A stretch of 64,000 bases of DNA from Felis catus. Lineage: Eukaryota. The position numbers and the translations under genes were made by a program. The notes under the pieces are model-generated. The model was not told where the DNA came from. It saw only the letters and a list, made by a program, of their open reading frames with translations, and searched no databases. How positions within the stretch are numbered: position 1 is the stretch's first letter; each line of letters begins with the position of its first letter. The stretch covers positions 16,990,001 to 17,054,000 of the forward strand of contig NC_058383.1 of assembly GCF_018350175.1 (NCBI RefSeq), read 5' to 3'. Of the stretch, positions 14,698 through 25,679 are shown piece by piece.

Positions 14698-17501
14698 CTG
14701 ATGGTGATGGAAGTGGGACAGTGGCTATCTTTGAATTTGTTGGATTTTGAGTGATCAGAAAAGGCCTAAGGGAATCCAGGGGAGTGGACCTGAGGATGTT
14801 CTGTACCTGGATCCAGGCGGCAGCTACCTGGGTATACACATATGAAAAATTTATTGAGTTGGACCTTCCAAGATTGGGCACTTCAGTTTTTGCCCTGTAT
14901 ATTTCAAAATAAACAAACAAACCAAAAAAAAAAAACCCATAACTCTGACATCTGGCATTTTCTTCCATGCCCCAGCCTGCCAGCTGGGTGAGGAAGGGGG
15001 ATGGATGTGCTTTTAGAACTCAGTGACCTCAATATGCTACTTCTTGGCCAATTAAATCTTCTTGTATTCTCAGGCTCATTGCCAACTTGACCTCCTCTGT
15101 GAAGCCTTCCTAGAATTCCCTCCTGGGTTTGATCTCTTCCTTCTTATGCCTCCAGATTTCCGTTATACTTGCATCACATTGGGACTTTAACAACTTGGGT
15201 CCCTGCTGCTGGGACCTGAGAATGTGAGTTTCTGGAAGCAGGGTGAGGTACATCATTGACAGTCCCAGTGTGAAATAAAAATGTGGGCCTTTTGTTCTGG
15301 GAGAAAAAAAGGTTTTTTCCCTTTTTTTCCTCCCCATGATCCTCCTCTTTACCTGTCCTGTCTTTACCTGTTTGCTATTTAGTGTTGAATTCCCCAAGGC
15401 ACAGGGATTTTCCCAGGGCCAGTGCAAACCCCACAGACTGGGCAAACTGTGCACAGCCAACCTTGACCTTGCCTAACTCATACCAGGGGCTGAGGGCAGG
15501 AGGGGTCACTGGATAGGTGTGGGGAAGCAGGAAGCAGGAAGCTAAGAACCACTCCACAGAAGGCTAGACTGCATGTGAGCCAAAGCTCCAAGCCTCCAGC
15601 ACATCTCCACTTCCCCATCAATCTTAAATACCACACACAAATGCTAAGATCAATTCTTAATAATTTCAAGAAGAAGACTGCAAAACATTATTACAAGTGC
15701 AAGGGTAACTGTACTGGTCACTTACACTGGTCACATGCCACAAAGCGAGACCTGTCTGGAGGAGATTCAAGATCTCCCTCCTGAAGGAGTGTCTTGTCCA
15801 GAGTTTGTGGCCCTTCCTGGGACCGTGAATAGTTGGCAGTAGTGGTGTCAGTGGTGTCAGACTTTGCCCATGCTGCCCTTCCTCCAGATACCTCCTAACC
15901 CATGTTCATCCATTTGCCTGAAGGCTGAAGGGGTGAGGGTGGGGAGAGTGGGCAGGGCTTACCTCGATCTGCCAAACTGGGCCACACTCTGTCCAAAGCT
16001 AACTCCATCCTCTTGAAAGACCATGGGCTCCTCCACATCCAAGTTGAACCCATAATAAGAAGCAATGACTGAGGAATATGGAGAGGGAAGTGAGGGTGGG
16101 AGGAACAGTCAGAGAAGCCTCATCTCCTCTGGATACCTGACTTTTGGGATCTTGATGCCCACCCCAGTCCAGCTCATCTTCCCAGGAGAAGGGTGTTCTT
16201 TTTGTTTCCTGATTTGCCATCTGTGTGGCTCCTGTCTCTCCCTTCCTCAACAATAATCAAACCACAATACAAAGGGCAACAATCCAGAGAAATGCCCCCT
16301 CAAGGATATTTCAAAGGACATGTACAACCTGAAATTGAGCCTGTCACCTCATGGTATGTTAGCTCAAGAATGTCCCTTATGATAATACAATTCATTTCCT
16401 AAACTGAGACCTTCTGAGAATGAAAGGGACACCACTAATAATTACATCATGGTCCACCCTAAGGTCCAGATGGGGAAACAGACTTAGAATTTTTTGATTA
16501 ATTATTTATTCTTATGTGTTTCCCATGCCCCCCTTCCTTGGTGCTAGGCTCTAAGACAACAAGGACTGCAACCATCTTGTGTTGGTGCCTGAGGCAGTGC
16601 CTGGCCCTTAACAGGTGACTAATTACTATTTGTTGGCTGACCCAGAACTGCACAGGAAGTCCCTGGTATAGCCAGGATTCCAACCCACTCTCCTGATCCT
16701 TCACATTCTCCTCTCTGGTGACTAAGCTCAAAAACCTCAGTGGAAGGCCCCCTACATTTCAAGGGCTTTTCCCACAACTCTCACTCCTAGACAGCAGGTT
16801 TCTTCTCCATTTCTACTAGAATTCCCAGCTGTCTCTGGATTGAGGAGTCAACTCCAACCCCAAAGTAGGGAAGCTCTAAGAATATAAAGCCTTAGGCCAG
16901 GATGTGACAGGCAAGGTCCAAACAACTGAATCTTGGGGTTCTGGGAAAAGGCCAGATGTTGAAGGTGCCATAATCCTACCATGGCCACATGCAAGGGAGC
17001 TTCACATCCCAAATCTCCTCAAAGGATGATTCTATTTCTGAGTCTGAAAAAAGAACCTATGACCAGACAAGTAGGATGATGCCAAAAGTCTCAGACTGAA
17101 ATGTCTCAGAGGCCAAGAGGGTGACATCAGTGAGTGAAGTGGGTGGTGTGAGTACCAGGGAATTATGGGCACTTAGAGCATGTGGCCCTTTTAAAGGAGG
17201 TAAGCATTACCAGGGTCTAGAATTCAGAGCTCCAGACCTTCCCATTTCTCAAGAGAAGCTGAAAGTCTGGATTTTTGTGTGGAATCTGATTTTTGACTGA
17301 CACACAAATGATTTCAAATGACACAGAAATGTGATCTTGTTACAGGTTCAATTTCTGGACTATTCTCTTGGCAGTCGTGGAACAACCTACCTGAAATCAA
17401 AACCAAGGACCAAGGATGAGATATCCAAAGTTTCCCCTCCCTAGTGACTTCTATGGCTTTCCCCCCTGGGGCTCTGAGGCTGACTCCTGTCAACCATACC
17501 A

Positions 17502-17536
<35 letters not shown>

Positions 17537-17851
17537 AGGGGCCTGACAGAAGGTGGGGAGAAGCCTTGGGGAATGTGGAGAAGTAGCTTATTCTCCACCC
17601 AAACTTAGCCTATGAGTCCATCTTATCTCATCTTTGCTCAGGTTATGACCCTCCCCTGATTCCAAGCCATTCCTCTTTCCACACCAGAATCTAGACACTA
17701 AGGCACTCCCTTGCCTCACCTCCTCCACAGAGCTATATGAGCTGACCACCAGCCCCAGAATGCCCTATCAGACAGAGACGCCCCCGCCCAGACCTCTTCC
17801 AGCTCTGAGGCCCTACTTACCACCTAAGAGGAGCATAATTCCAAAAGCCAT
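991..17851 (-). CDS. ITGAD: Integrin alpha-D (CD11d), copy L; coding exons 1-23, continues beyond the left edge
   Basis: 23 GT-AG exons traced by hand into one open frame: signal peptide [26 protein letters not shown]-domain MIDAS DGSGS..GLT..ITDG, FG-GAP repeats with [18 protein letters not shown] and DLTQDGLVD loops, thigh and calf-1. N-terminus matches ITGAD rather than ITGAM/ITGAX. An in-frame ATG also lies immediately upstream (17852-17854). Confidence 0.93.
1176..1255 (-). CDS. ITGAD: ITGAD copy L exon 22
   Basis: 80 nt, [26 protein letters not shown]. Confidence 0.92.
1369..1482 (-). CDS. ITGAD: ITGAD copy L exon 21
   Basis: 114 nt, [38 protein letters not shown]; acceptor is AAG. 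Confidence 0.88.
1560..2785 (+). mobile_element. Ancient L1 (L1M-type) 3' region
   Basis: Degraded ORF2-end and 3'UTR motifs (ccctacctcactccatac; aacatggatgaatttcacaaacat). Confidence 0.65.
2847..2888. repeat. (TG)n microsatellite
   Basis: Direct reading. Confidence 0.95.
2981..3122 (-). CDS. ITGAD: ITGAD copy L exon 20
   Basis: 142 nt, [47 protein letters not shown]. Confidence 0.92.
3353..3426 (-). CDS. ITGAD: ITGAD copy L exon 19
   Basis: 74 nt, [24 protein letters not shown]. Confidence 0.93.
4247..4378 (-). CDS. ITGAD: ITGAD copy L exon 18
   Basis: 132 nt, [44 protein letters not shown]. Confidence 0.93.
4637..4791 (-). CDS. ITGAD: ITGAD copy L exon 17
   Basis: 155 nt, [51 protein letters not shown]. 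Confidence 0.93.
5678..5835 (-). CDS. ITGAD: ITGAD copy L exon 16
   Basis: 158 nt, [52 protein letters not shown]. Confidence 0.93.
5954..6084 (-). CDS. ITGAD: ITGAD copy L exon 15
   Basis: 131 nt, [43 protein letters not shown]. Confidence 0.93.
6786..6995 (-). CDS. ITGAD: ITGAD copy L exon 14
   Basis: 210 nt, [58 protein letters not shown]...HSQ. Confidence 0.93.
7089..7229 (-). CDS. ITGAD: ITGAD copy L exon 13
   Basis: 141 nt, [47 protein letters not shown]. Confidence 0.93.
7381..7523 (-). CDS. ITGAD: ITGAD copy L exon 12
   Basis: 143 nt, [47 protein letters not shown]. Confidence 0.93.
7638..7767 (-). CDS. ITGAD: ITGAD copy L exon 11
   Basis: 130 nt, [43 protein letters not shown]. 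Confidence 0.93.
9070..9143 (-). CDS. ITGAD: ITGAD copy L exon 10
   Basis: 74 nt, [24 protein letters not shown]. Confidence 0.93.
9340..9490 (-). CDS. ITGAD: ITGAD copy L exon 9 (I-domain end)
   Basis: 151 nt, [50 protein letters not shown]. Confidence 0.94.
9587..9740 (-). CDS. ITGAD: ITGAD copy L exon 8 (I-domain)
   Basis: 154 nt, [51 protein letters not shown]. Confidence 0.94.
10017..10076. repeat. 3 x 20-bp tandem repeat GCTGCTCCAGGTGGAATCTG
   Basis: Three exact contiguous copies in intron 7 of copy L. Confidence 0.95.
10299..10444 (-). CDS. ITGAD: ITGAD copy L exon 7 (I-domain)
   Basis: 146 nt, [49 protein letters not shown]. Confidence 0.94.
11110..11240 (-). CDS. ITGAD: ITGAD copy L exon 6 (I-domain start, MIDAS DxSxS)
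   Basis: 131 nt, [43 protein letters not shown]. Confidence 0.94.
12092..12320 (+). mobile_element. Young felid tRNA-derived SINE (SINEC_Fc-like)
   Basis: ggggcgcctgggtggcgcagtcgg, (CT)n, poly-A; TSD agaatgactcccagaga at 12075 and 12321. Confidence 0.95.
12790..12904 (-). CDS. ITGAD: ITGAD copy L exon 5
   Basis: 115 nt, [38 protein letters not shown]. Confidence 0.92.
13030..13100 (-). CDS. ITGAD: ITGAD copy L exon 4
   Basis: 71 nt, [23 protein letters not shown]. Confidence 0.92.
13233..13336 (-). CDS. ITGAD: ITGAD copy L exon 3
   Basis: 104 nt, [34 protein letters not shown]. Confidence 0.93.
13738..14016 (-). mobile_element. Carnivore SINE plus short L1 3' tail (mirrored at ~58081-58360)
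   Basis: SINE head caggcacccc, L1 tail caaattggtttccatacaacaccc; flanked by tacatggaaaaa direct repeats. Confidence 0.8.
14648..14695. repeat. (TG)n microsatellite (mirrored at ~57402-57448)
   Basis: Direct reading. Confidence 0.9.
15963..16068 (-). CDS. ITGAD: ITGAD copy L exon 2
   Basis: 106 nt, [34 protein letters not shown], cag/gtaag. Confidence 0.93.
17502..17535. repeat. (CA)n microsatellite (mirrored at ~54554-54592, different length)
   Basis: Direct reading. Confidence 0.9.
17821..17851 (-). CDS. ITGAD: ITGAD copy L exon 1 (coding part)
   Basis: [10 protein letters not shown] followed by donor gtaagt. Confidence 0.88.
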
Positions 17852-17854
17852 CAT

Positions 17855-18010
17855 TGAGCAGGGTATCGAAGGAGAAGTGAAGAGCTGAGCAATAGAGCAC
17901 TGAAGGATGCTCAGTGTCCTCGGGGAGAATTAAAATAATGACTCAGGCCTTCAAGTAACAGAAGGAGGGGCACAGTGAGGAAGTCTTTGGTTAATCATAG
18001 AACAGAGGCA
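17855..18010 (-). promoter_or_regulatory. Proximal promoter/5'UTR of copy L (TATA-less; PU.1/ETS and AP-1 motifs)
   Basis: GAGGAAGT 17977-17984 and TGACTCA 17939-17945, both conserved in copy R; motif match only. Confidence 0.55.
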
Positions 18011-18340
18011 GAGACAGGAGGCCAAAGACACCCTTGGAGAAAATCGCCCATACTCTCCCACCGCCACCACCTCTAGAGATCTGGCTTCCTTGTCCAGGGC
18101 CTGGCTTTCCCAGAAGTCCACCCTCCCCCATCCCTTGAGATCCAGTTGATACCCAGGGAATCCTGGGACCCCCCTGGGGCCCAGAAACCAAAGTGCATAT
18201 GACTTGAAGGGGTAAAACAGATGGCTGCAGATGCCCCACCACATGGATGTGAGTCTGGAGAAAGGCAGACCTCCCCCTCAGATAGCAGTGTTGGGGATTG
18301 AGCATGAGTTATGAGGCTGTTGTTTAAAAAACCAGACTCG

Positions 18341-18635
18341 GTGCATCTGGGTGGCTCAGTTGGTTACGTGACTGACTACAACTCAGGTCATGATCTCATG
18401 GTCCATGAGTTTAAGCCCTGTGTCAGGCTCTTAAATACAGAATAGAAACTGAGGGTTGCTAGAGGGGAGGTAGGTGGGGGTGAGCTAAATGGGTGATGGG
18501 CATTAAGGAGGGCACTTGTTGGGATGAGCACTGTTGTATGTTATATGTAAGTGATGAATCACTAAATTGTACTGAAACCAATAATAAACTATATGTTAAC
18601 TAACTTGAATTTAAATTTAAAAACTTAATGTAAAT
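18341..18635 (+). mobile_element. SINE 5' half fused to an L1 3' end
   Basis: SINE head to ~18430, then L1 3'UTR; flanked by aaaaccaga(c/t)tc; site is empty in copy R (~53750). Confidence 0.8.
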
Positions 18636-19582
18636 TAAAAACCAGATTCCATCAAGAGGAAAATGTATAATCAAACTGGCAAATAGGCTTAGTAGTCATA
18701 CAAGGGGTTTACTAGTCCATAATAAGAGAACAGACTACAGATTGATGTAACAATATGGATGAATCTCAACTTTGTCATTAGGAAAAGAAGTCAAACACCA
18801 GACTGCAAAATGTTTGATTCATTTTGTATGAACAGGCAAAACTAATCTATGAGGATAGAATATGGAACAATGTTTACCTCAGATGAGGTGGAAAGGGAAC
18901 TTCTAAATTTGTTAAACTTAACATTCAACTCCTGATATTTTGATATCTAATACTTTAATATTTTAACATTTGTTAAATGGGATAAGGGTAGATAAGGGTA
19001 TTTATTCTTTGTAATTTCCTTTGTGTTTTGAATATTCTATAATTAAGCATATACAAATGTTTCTCAAAAACATGAAAAAAGGTCCAAAGTATCAAAGTCC
19101 AGGAATAGATTTATAAGGTTAAAATACAGGGCAAAATGATACTCAGCAGAGATAGTTTAGCCAACCAAGAACTGATGTCCAGCTACCAGTGCAAAGGTAA
19201 AATTCCCCTGTGCTACAGCATGTGATAGAGAACAATGGCAAGGTGTAAGTGGGCAAGATGATCTTCTACATTAGGTTGCTGCATGGCTTTCATCACTGCT
19301 GGTTTTACCATGGCAGGAGCTAACTTCCCCCAAGGTCTTCAGAAGGCTATTTAGATCAGCCAATTGTAGCCTTGACCATACTAAACACTCTTGGATAGTC
19401 CTCACAAACTCTTGGTATTTGTAGTATTAATGTCCCCTTTTCAGGGTTGCTTCTTCACATATTTTTACTGATAAGCCTCCAGCAGGGCCCTCAGCAGCTG
19501 AGCTACTGAATTTTTATTAGTGAGAAAAGATTAGATAATGACATCCTGAAACAACTTTTTTATTTTCTTTTATTTTTATATC

Positions 19583-21100
19583 AAAACAACTTTACTTATG
19601 AAGGCAAGTTTTATTTTGTCTTGCTAGTGGATCTAAAATCATATTAAACCAATACATAAAACCTGTGCTTCTGACCCACTGGCTATAGCTTGAAGGTCTG
19701 CAACAACCCCTTCCTTGGATTTGAGTAATTTCCTAGAGCAACTACAAAACTCAGTAAAACCCTTTACTTACCAAACTACTGATTCATTAAAAAAGTTGTA
19801 ACTCAGGAATAGCCAAATGCAAGAGATGCATAGGACAAGGTATGGGGAAAGGGCATGAAGGCTTCATGGCAATCATGGCAATCTGCCCAAATCTTTACTT
19901 GTTCACCTACCTAGAAGCTACCAGAACTCTGCTTTTGGATTTTTATGAAAGCTTCATTACATAGGCATGATTTATTAAGTCATTGATCTTTGGTGGTTGA
20001 ACTCAATCTAGAGCCCCTCTCTCCTCCCAGGAAATTGGGGAGGGGGGTTGAGACTGAAACTTCTAACCTTCTAATTCCATGTTTGGCTCTACTGGCAACC
20101 AGTTGCCACTTTTAGGTGCTTTCCAAACCTCACCTTGTAACATGAGACACCTATATTGTTCTTATCACTTGGGAATTCCAAGAATTTTAGGAGCTCTGTG
20201 CCAGAAAAAAGACAAAGACAAAATATGTATTTATTATAAATTACCATATCAAAAACTTTAAAAAAAAATTACAGAGAGTTGGTGGTTCTGCCAAGTATAG
20301 AACCCCCATTAAGTGCCCTGAAGATACCTAGAGTTGAGGAATATCACCTGCAGCAAGTTGGAGGAATCAGAACCTTGGAATATTCATCACCAGGCCTAGG
20401 AGAAAGATACTTTTATGACACTGTGTGGTTTTTATAAATATTTTAATATCCTTTTGCAATATGCCCTTATTGTTTTTTTTTAATGAGTGCAAAACAAGCA
20501 AAAATTTTGCTGAGACAAATGATAATACAATTGAGGCAGTTGGAAATCTTTACAGTTGCTGAAATCAGCGAAATATTAGTTATCCTCAAGCTTTGTTTGG
20601 GAAGGGAAGTCCCAAATTAAAAATTATGTATGAAATGTTAATTCATTCAAGATTGTGTCTAAAAGATGAGGTGTACTGTAGATGGAGGAAACGAAGATAT
20701 CTTTACATTTTGTGTTAAGGAAAATAATCAAAAATCATTTTGTGGTTCTAAACACAGAGAGAAGTTCACAGATTCACAGAACTGATGGAGGGTGCTGTTT
20801 GCTATGGACCCCTTAGCACAAGAGGAAGAAGGGTATTGTTCAACTTGTCCTTGACATTCTTTGCAGAAAGTAGGTAAGTCAGCCTCAAAGCCAGCAATCA
20901 TAATCTTTGGCCCCGTTCCCTGCATCAGTGCCCTTCCCAGCTTCTAATTAATTTTTTCTATTCATTAAATATCAGCTCAAGTAAATTGAGCTAAAAACTT
21001 TTGTTTAGAAATGATTTTATAATGATAACATGTATTTGACATTTCCAGTATTTTAAATAACTGTCACATGTATACTTAAAATGATATGCCATAGGTAGGG
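19583..21100 (+). repeat. Direct-orientation duplicated block, copy 1 (pairs with 51508-53235); includes a MER21-like LTR
   Basis: Shared runs such as ttggaaatctttacagttgctgaaatcagcgaaatattagtt; both copies end at atgccatag(g/t)taggg. Confidence 0.88.
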
Positions 21101-21239
21101 CCATTAAATTTTGCCTGGGAAACTATTTCTTCTTCAATTCTGAATGTTAACATTGCTGGATAAAATATTCTTGTTTGGTTTTCTCTTGCTGCTTTCAAGG
21201 TTCTCTCTTTATTTTTTGCCATTTTAATTATGTGTCTTT

Positions 21240-23210
21240 TTTTTTCTTTTTTCTTTTTTCTTTTTTTTATTATGAAATTTGTTGTCAAGTTGGTTTCCAT
21301 ACAACACCCAGTGCTCATCTCAACAGGTGCCCTCAATACCCATCACCCACCCACCCCTCCCTCCCACCCCCCATCAACCCTCAGTTTGTTCTCAGTTTTT
21401 AGGAGTCTCTTATATTTTGGCTCCCTCCCTCTCTAACCATTTTTTTCTTACCCTCCCTCATGGTCTTCTGTGAAGTTTCTCAGGATCCACATAGGAGTGA
21501 AAACATATGGAATCTGTACTTCTCTGTATGACTTATTTCACTTAGCATAACACTCTCCGGTTCCATCCATGTTGCTACAAAAGGCCATTCTTTCTCATTG
21601 CCACGTAGTATTCCATTATGTATATAAACCACAATTTCTTTATCCATTCATCAGTTTGTGGACATTTAAGCTCTTTCCATAATTTGGCTATTGTTGAAAG
21701 TACTGCTATAAACATTGGGGTACAAGTGCCCCTATGCATCAGCACTCCTGTATCCCTTGGGTAAATTCCTAGCAGTGCTATTGCTGGGTCATAGGGTAGA
21801 TCTATTTTTAATTTTTTGAGGAACCTCCATACTGCTTTTCAGAGTGGCTGCATCAATTTGCATTCCCACCAACAGTTCAAGAGGGTTCCCATTTGTCCAC
21901 ATCCTCTCCAGCATCTATAGTCTCCTGTTTTGTTCATTTCAGCCACTCTGACTGGCATGAGGTGATAGTGTGGTTTTGATTTGTATTTCCCTCATGAGGA
22001 GCTACGTTGAGCATCTTTTCATGTGCCTGTTGGCCATCTGGATATCTTCTTTAGAGAATTGTCTATTCATGTTTTCTGCTCATTTCTTCACTGGATTATT
22101 TGTTTTTCAGGTGGGGAGTTTGGTGAGCTCTTTATAGATTTTGGATACTAGCCCTTTGTCTGATATGTCATTTGCAAATATCTTTTCCCATTCTGTTGGT
22201 TGCCTTTTAGTTTTGTTGATTGTTTCCTTTCCTGTGCAGAAGCTTTTTATCTTCACGAGGTCCCAATAGTTCATTTCTTCTTTTAATTCCCTTGCCTTTG
22301 GGGATGTGTCAAGTAAGAAATTGCTGCAGCTGAGGTCAGAGAGGTTTTTCCCTGCTTTCTCCTCTAGGGTTTTGACGGTTTCCTGTCTCACATTTAGGTC
22401 CTTTATCCATTTTGAGTTTATTTTTGTGAATGGAGTAAGAAAGTGGTCTAGTTTCATCCTTCTGCATGTTGCTGTCCAGCTCTCCCAGCACCATTTGTTA
22501 AAGAAACTGTCTTTTTTCCATTGGATATTCTTTCCTGCTTTGTCAAAGATTAGTTGGCCATACTTTTGTGGGTCTAGTTCTGGGGTTTCTATTCTATTCC
22601 ATTGGTCTATGTGTCTATTTTAGTGCCAGTACCATGCTGTCTTGATGATTACAGCTTTGTAGTAGAGGCTAAAGTCTGGGATTCTGTTGCCTCCTGCTTT
22701 GGTCTTCTTCTTCAAAATTCCTTTGGCTATTCAGGGCCTTTTGTGGTTCCATACAAATTTTAGGGTTGCTTTTTCTAGCTTTGAGAAGAATGCTGGTGCA
22801 ATTTTGATTGGGATTGCATTGAATGTGTAGATAGCTTTGGGTAGTATTGACATTTTAACAATATTTATTCTTCCAATCCATGAGCATGGAATGTTTTTCC
22901 ATTCCTTTATATCTTCTTCAATTTCCTTCATAAGCTTTTTTTTTTTTTAATTTTTTTTCAACGTTTTTTATTTATTTTTGGGACAGAGAGAGACAGAGCA
23001 TGAACGGGGGAGGGGCAGAGAGAGAGGGAGACACAGAATCGGAAACAGGCTCCAGGCTCTGAGCCATCAGCCCAGAGCCCGACGGGGGGCGCGAACCCAC
23101 GGACCGCGAGATCGTGACCTGGCTGAAGTCGGACGCCCAACCGACTGCGCCACCCAGGCGCCCCGAATTTCCTTCATAAGCTTTCTATAGTTTTCGACAT
23201 ACAGATCTTT
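21240..23210 (-). mobile_element. 5'-truncated felid L1 (ORF2 C-terminus + 3'UTR)
   Basis: ORF2 peptides [23 protein letters not shown] and [16 protein letters not shown]; poly-T at the left end. Confidence 0.92.
22936..23164 (-). mobile_element. Young SINEC_Fc-like SINE inserted in L1
   Basis: TSD aatttccttcataagc at 22920 and 23166. Confidence 0.95.
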
Positions 23211-23214
23211 TGCT

Positions 23215-23406
23215 TTTTAAAAAAAAAAAGTTTTATTTATTTGTTTTTAGGGAGAGAGAGAGAGAGATAGGGGGCAGAGAAAGAAGAAGGAGAATTCCCA
23301 GTAGGCCCCAAGTGCCTGACACAGGGCTTGATCTAACAAATTGTGAGATCATGACCTGAGCCAAAATTGAGTCAGATGCTTAACCAGCTGAGCCACCTAG
23401 TCACCC
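23215..23406 (-). mobile_element. Older carnivore SINE
   Basis: gagatcatgacctgagcc...gagccacctagtcacccc. Confidence 0.8.
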
Positions 23407-23810
23407 CTCTTTAACGTTTTTAATTTTAAGTTTTTATTTTATTTCTAGTATAGTTAACATACAGTGCTATGTTAGTTTCAAGTGTACAATATAGTGACTC
23501 AACAATTCCATACATCACTGTGTGCTCATCGTGACAAGTGAACTGCTTAATCCCCATCACCCCTCACCTTTCACCCCTCTGCTAACCATCAGTTTGCTGT
23601 TTATAATTAAGAGTCTGTTTTTCTATTTGTTTCTCATTTTTCCCCTTTGCTTGTATGTTTTGTTTCTTAAATTCCACTTATGAGTGAAATAATATGGTAT
23701 TTGTCTTTCTCTTACTGGCTTACTTTGCTTAACATTATGCTCTTTAGCTCCACCCATGTCATAGAAAATGGCAAGATTTCATTCTTTTTTATGGCTGAAT
23801 AATATTCCAT

Positions 23811-23849
<39 letters not shown>

Positions 23850-25679
23850 CCCATACACATACATCCTCTTTATCCATTCATCCATTGATGGACACTTGAT
23901 CCTCCTGGCATTCATTTGGTTGGAGTTGTTCATGCTTCCTGGACCTGAATATCCATTTCCTCTCCCAGATTAAGGAAGTTTTTACTTATTTCTTCTTAAA
24001 TAATTTTTCTGCTCCTTTCTCTTTTTCTTCTCCTCCAACAACCCATATAATGCTAATGTTACTATGCTTGGTGTTATTGTAGAGATCCTTTAACTTATCC
24101 TCACTTAACAAATTCTTCTTTTTGCTGTTCAGCTTGGATGCTTTCCACTACCCTTTCTTCCAGATTGCTGATCCATTCTTCTGCATCCTCTAATCTGTAG
24201 TGATTCCCTCTAGTGTATTTTTCATTTCAGTTGATGTATTTTTTATCTCTGACTGGTTCTTTTTATGTTTTCTGTTTCTTTGATGAAGTTCTCACTGAAT
24301 TGATCTACTCTTCTCCCAAGTTCGGCGAGTATTTTATTACTTTGAACTCTTTATTAGGCAAATTGCTTATCAGTGTTTCCTTTTACTATTTCTTGGGAGC
24401 TTTGTCTTGTTTTTTCATTTGGAACATATTTCTCTGTCTCCTCCTTTTGTCTAATCCTCTGTGTTTGTTTCTGTGTACTAGGTCCATCAGCTATGTCTCC
24501 TAGTCTTAAAATTGGTGGCCTTATGTACAAGACATCTGTGGTATCCAGTAGCACAATCTCCTGGTTACCAGAACCAGGTGCTCCAGAAGTGTGCTTTATG
24601 TGGGTTGCTTGTGTCCTCCTGTTGTGACTGATCTGTCACTACTGCAGACATGCTGGTCAATGAGGCAGACCCTCAGCCCAGTTGTCAGCAATGACTGGCC
24701 ATGACTACTGTGTGTGAACTTGTAGTTAGGGCTTGCATCCTGTGCTGCTGGCTGAGTAGCTACTTCATGTGTGCTGGTGGCTGGGGCTAGCTTGGGGCAG
24801 GAGCCACTCTGGAAGGGTTTCTGGTCCCAACGAGGACTACCTGCTGTGCCCTAGCAGTCACTTTAGAGGGAAACTGGTCCTGACCAATGCTGCCTGTCTG
24901 GTGTGGTGCAGTAGGAGAATCTTTGGAAAAGTGACTGTTAGGGCAGATGGGTTGAGTGGGGTAGGTCCAAAGGGGAATGTCAGGGTGGGGCAAGCAGTGC
25001 TAGAATGAGAACATGGATGGCATGAGAACTGGCTTCTGAACGCCTCTGGCCAGATAGGCTGAAAAAAGGCAAGAAAAATGGTTCTTATCAGCACTTCTGT
25101 TTTAGGAGAAACCTCCTGCAGAAACTTGCCCCTACAGCACACACCCTAAAATTAGTCAATAAATCTCCTTCATTTATTACCAGGTGCTTTCATATAGATG
25201 CTTCTGTTTGGGGCTCTGACAAAGTGATACAGTGTGCTGGCCCCTTGATAGCAAAGACTTCATTTCCTTTAGCCCTCAGGTATCCCAGAGTTAATTAAGC
25301 CTTGCTGATTTTCAAAGCTCCCAGAGGGAAGTCCTGCTCATTTTCAAAGCCAGACATCATGAGGCCTCTTCTTCCCCGTGCAGGTCCCCAGAGCCATGGG
25401 TGTCTGGTGTGGAGCTTGATCCTCTCAGTCCTCTGTGCCTGTGATATCCTTCTGACTTATGGGTCATTGTGATGGGGGTTTGGTGCCTGACCATGTCTCT
25501 GCCCTTCCTACCCTTCTTGATGTGACCTTCTCTTTATGTTTTTAGATGCAGAAGGTCTCTTCTGACAGTCTTCAGGTTGCTGTCAGGGTGAGTTGCATTA
25601 CATGTTGCCTCAGAATGTCCATGGAAGAAGGTGAGCTCAGGATTCTCCTATTCTGCCATTTTCTCCCACTTTCTCAAAG

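Larger units (their letters stand above)
12512..17778. repeat. Near-identical inverted-repeat core, left arm (pairs with 54312-59583)
   Basis: Reverse complement matches the right arm apart from a few SNPs and homopolymer/microsatellite length changes; the ORF track is mirrored. Confidence 0.95.
21101..25670 (-). mobile_element. Older carnivore L1 5'UTR+ORF1 relic, interrupted by nested insertions (21240-23900)
   Basis: ORF1-like RHIIKMAKNKERTLKAARE; 5' end ggagaaaatggcagaatag at ~25670. Confidence 0.7.

Noticed and set aside
16328..17359. 20-nt imperfect inverted match in intron 1 (PEIEPVT appears in two ORFs)
   Set aside because: 17/20 match with no extension or TSD; could be chance or eroded transposon ends.
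13083..17598. Many short ORFs repeated identically at 54.5-59.4 kb
   Set aside because: A by-product of the inverted repeat, not independent genes.
991..17851. Calling the gene ITGAX or ITGAM
   Set aside because: [18 protein letters not shown] and [17 protein letters not shown] match ITGAD as I know it.
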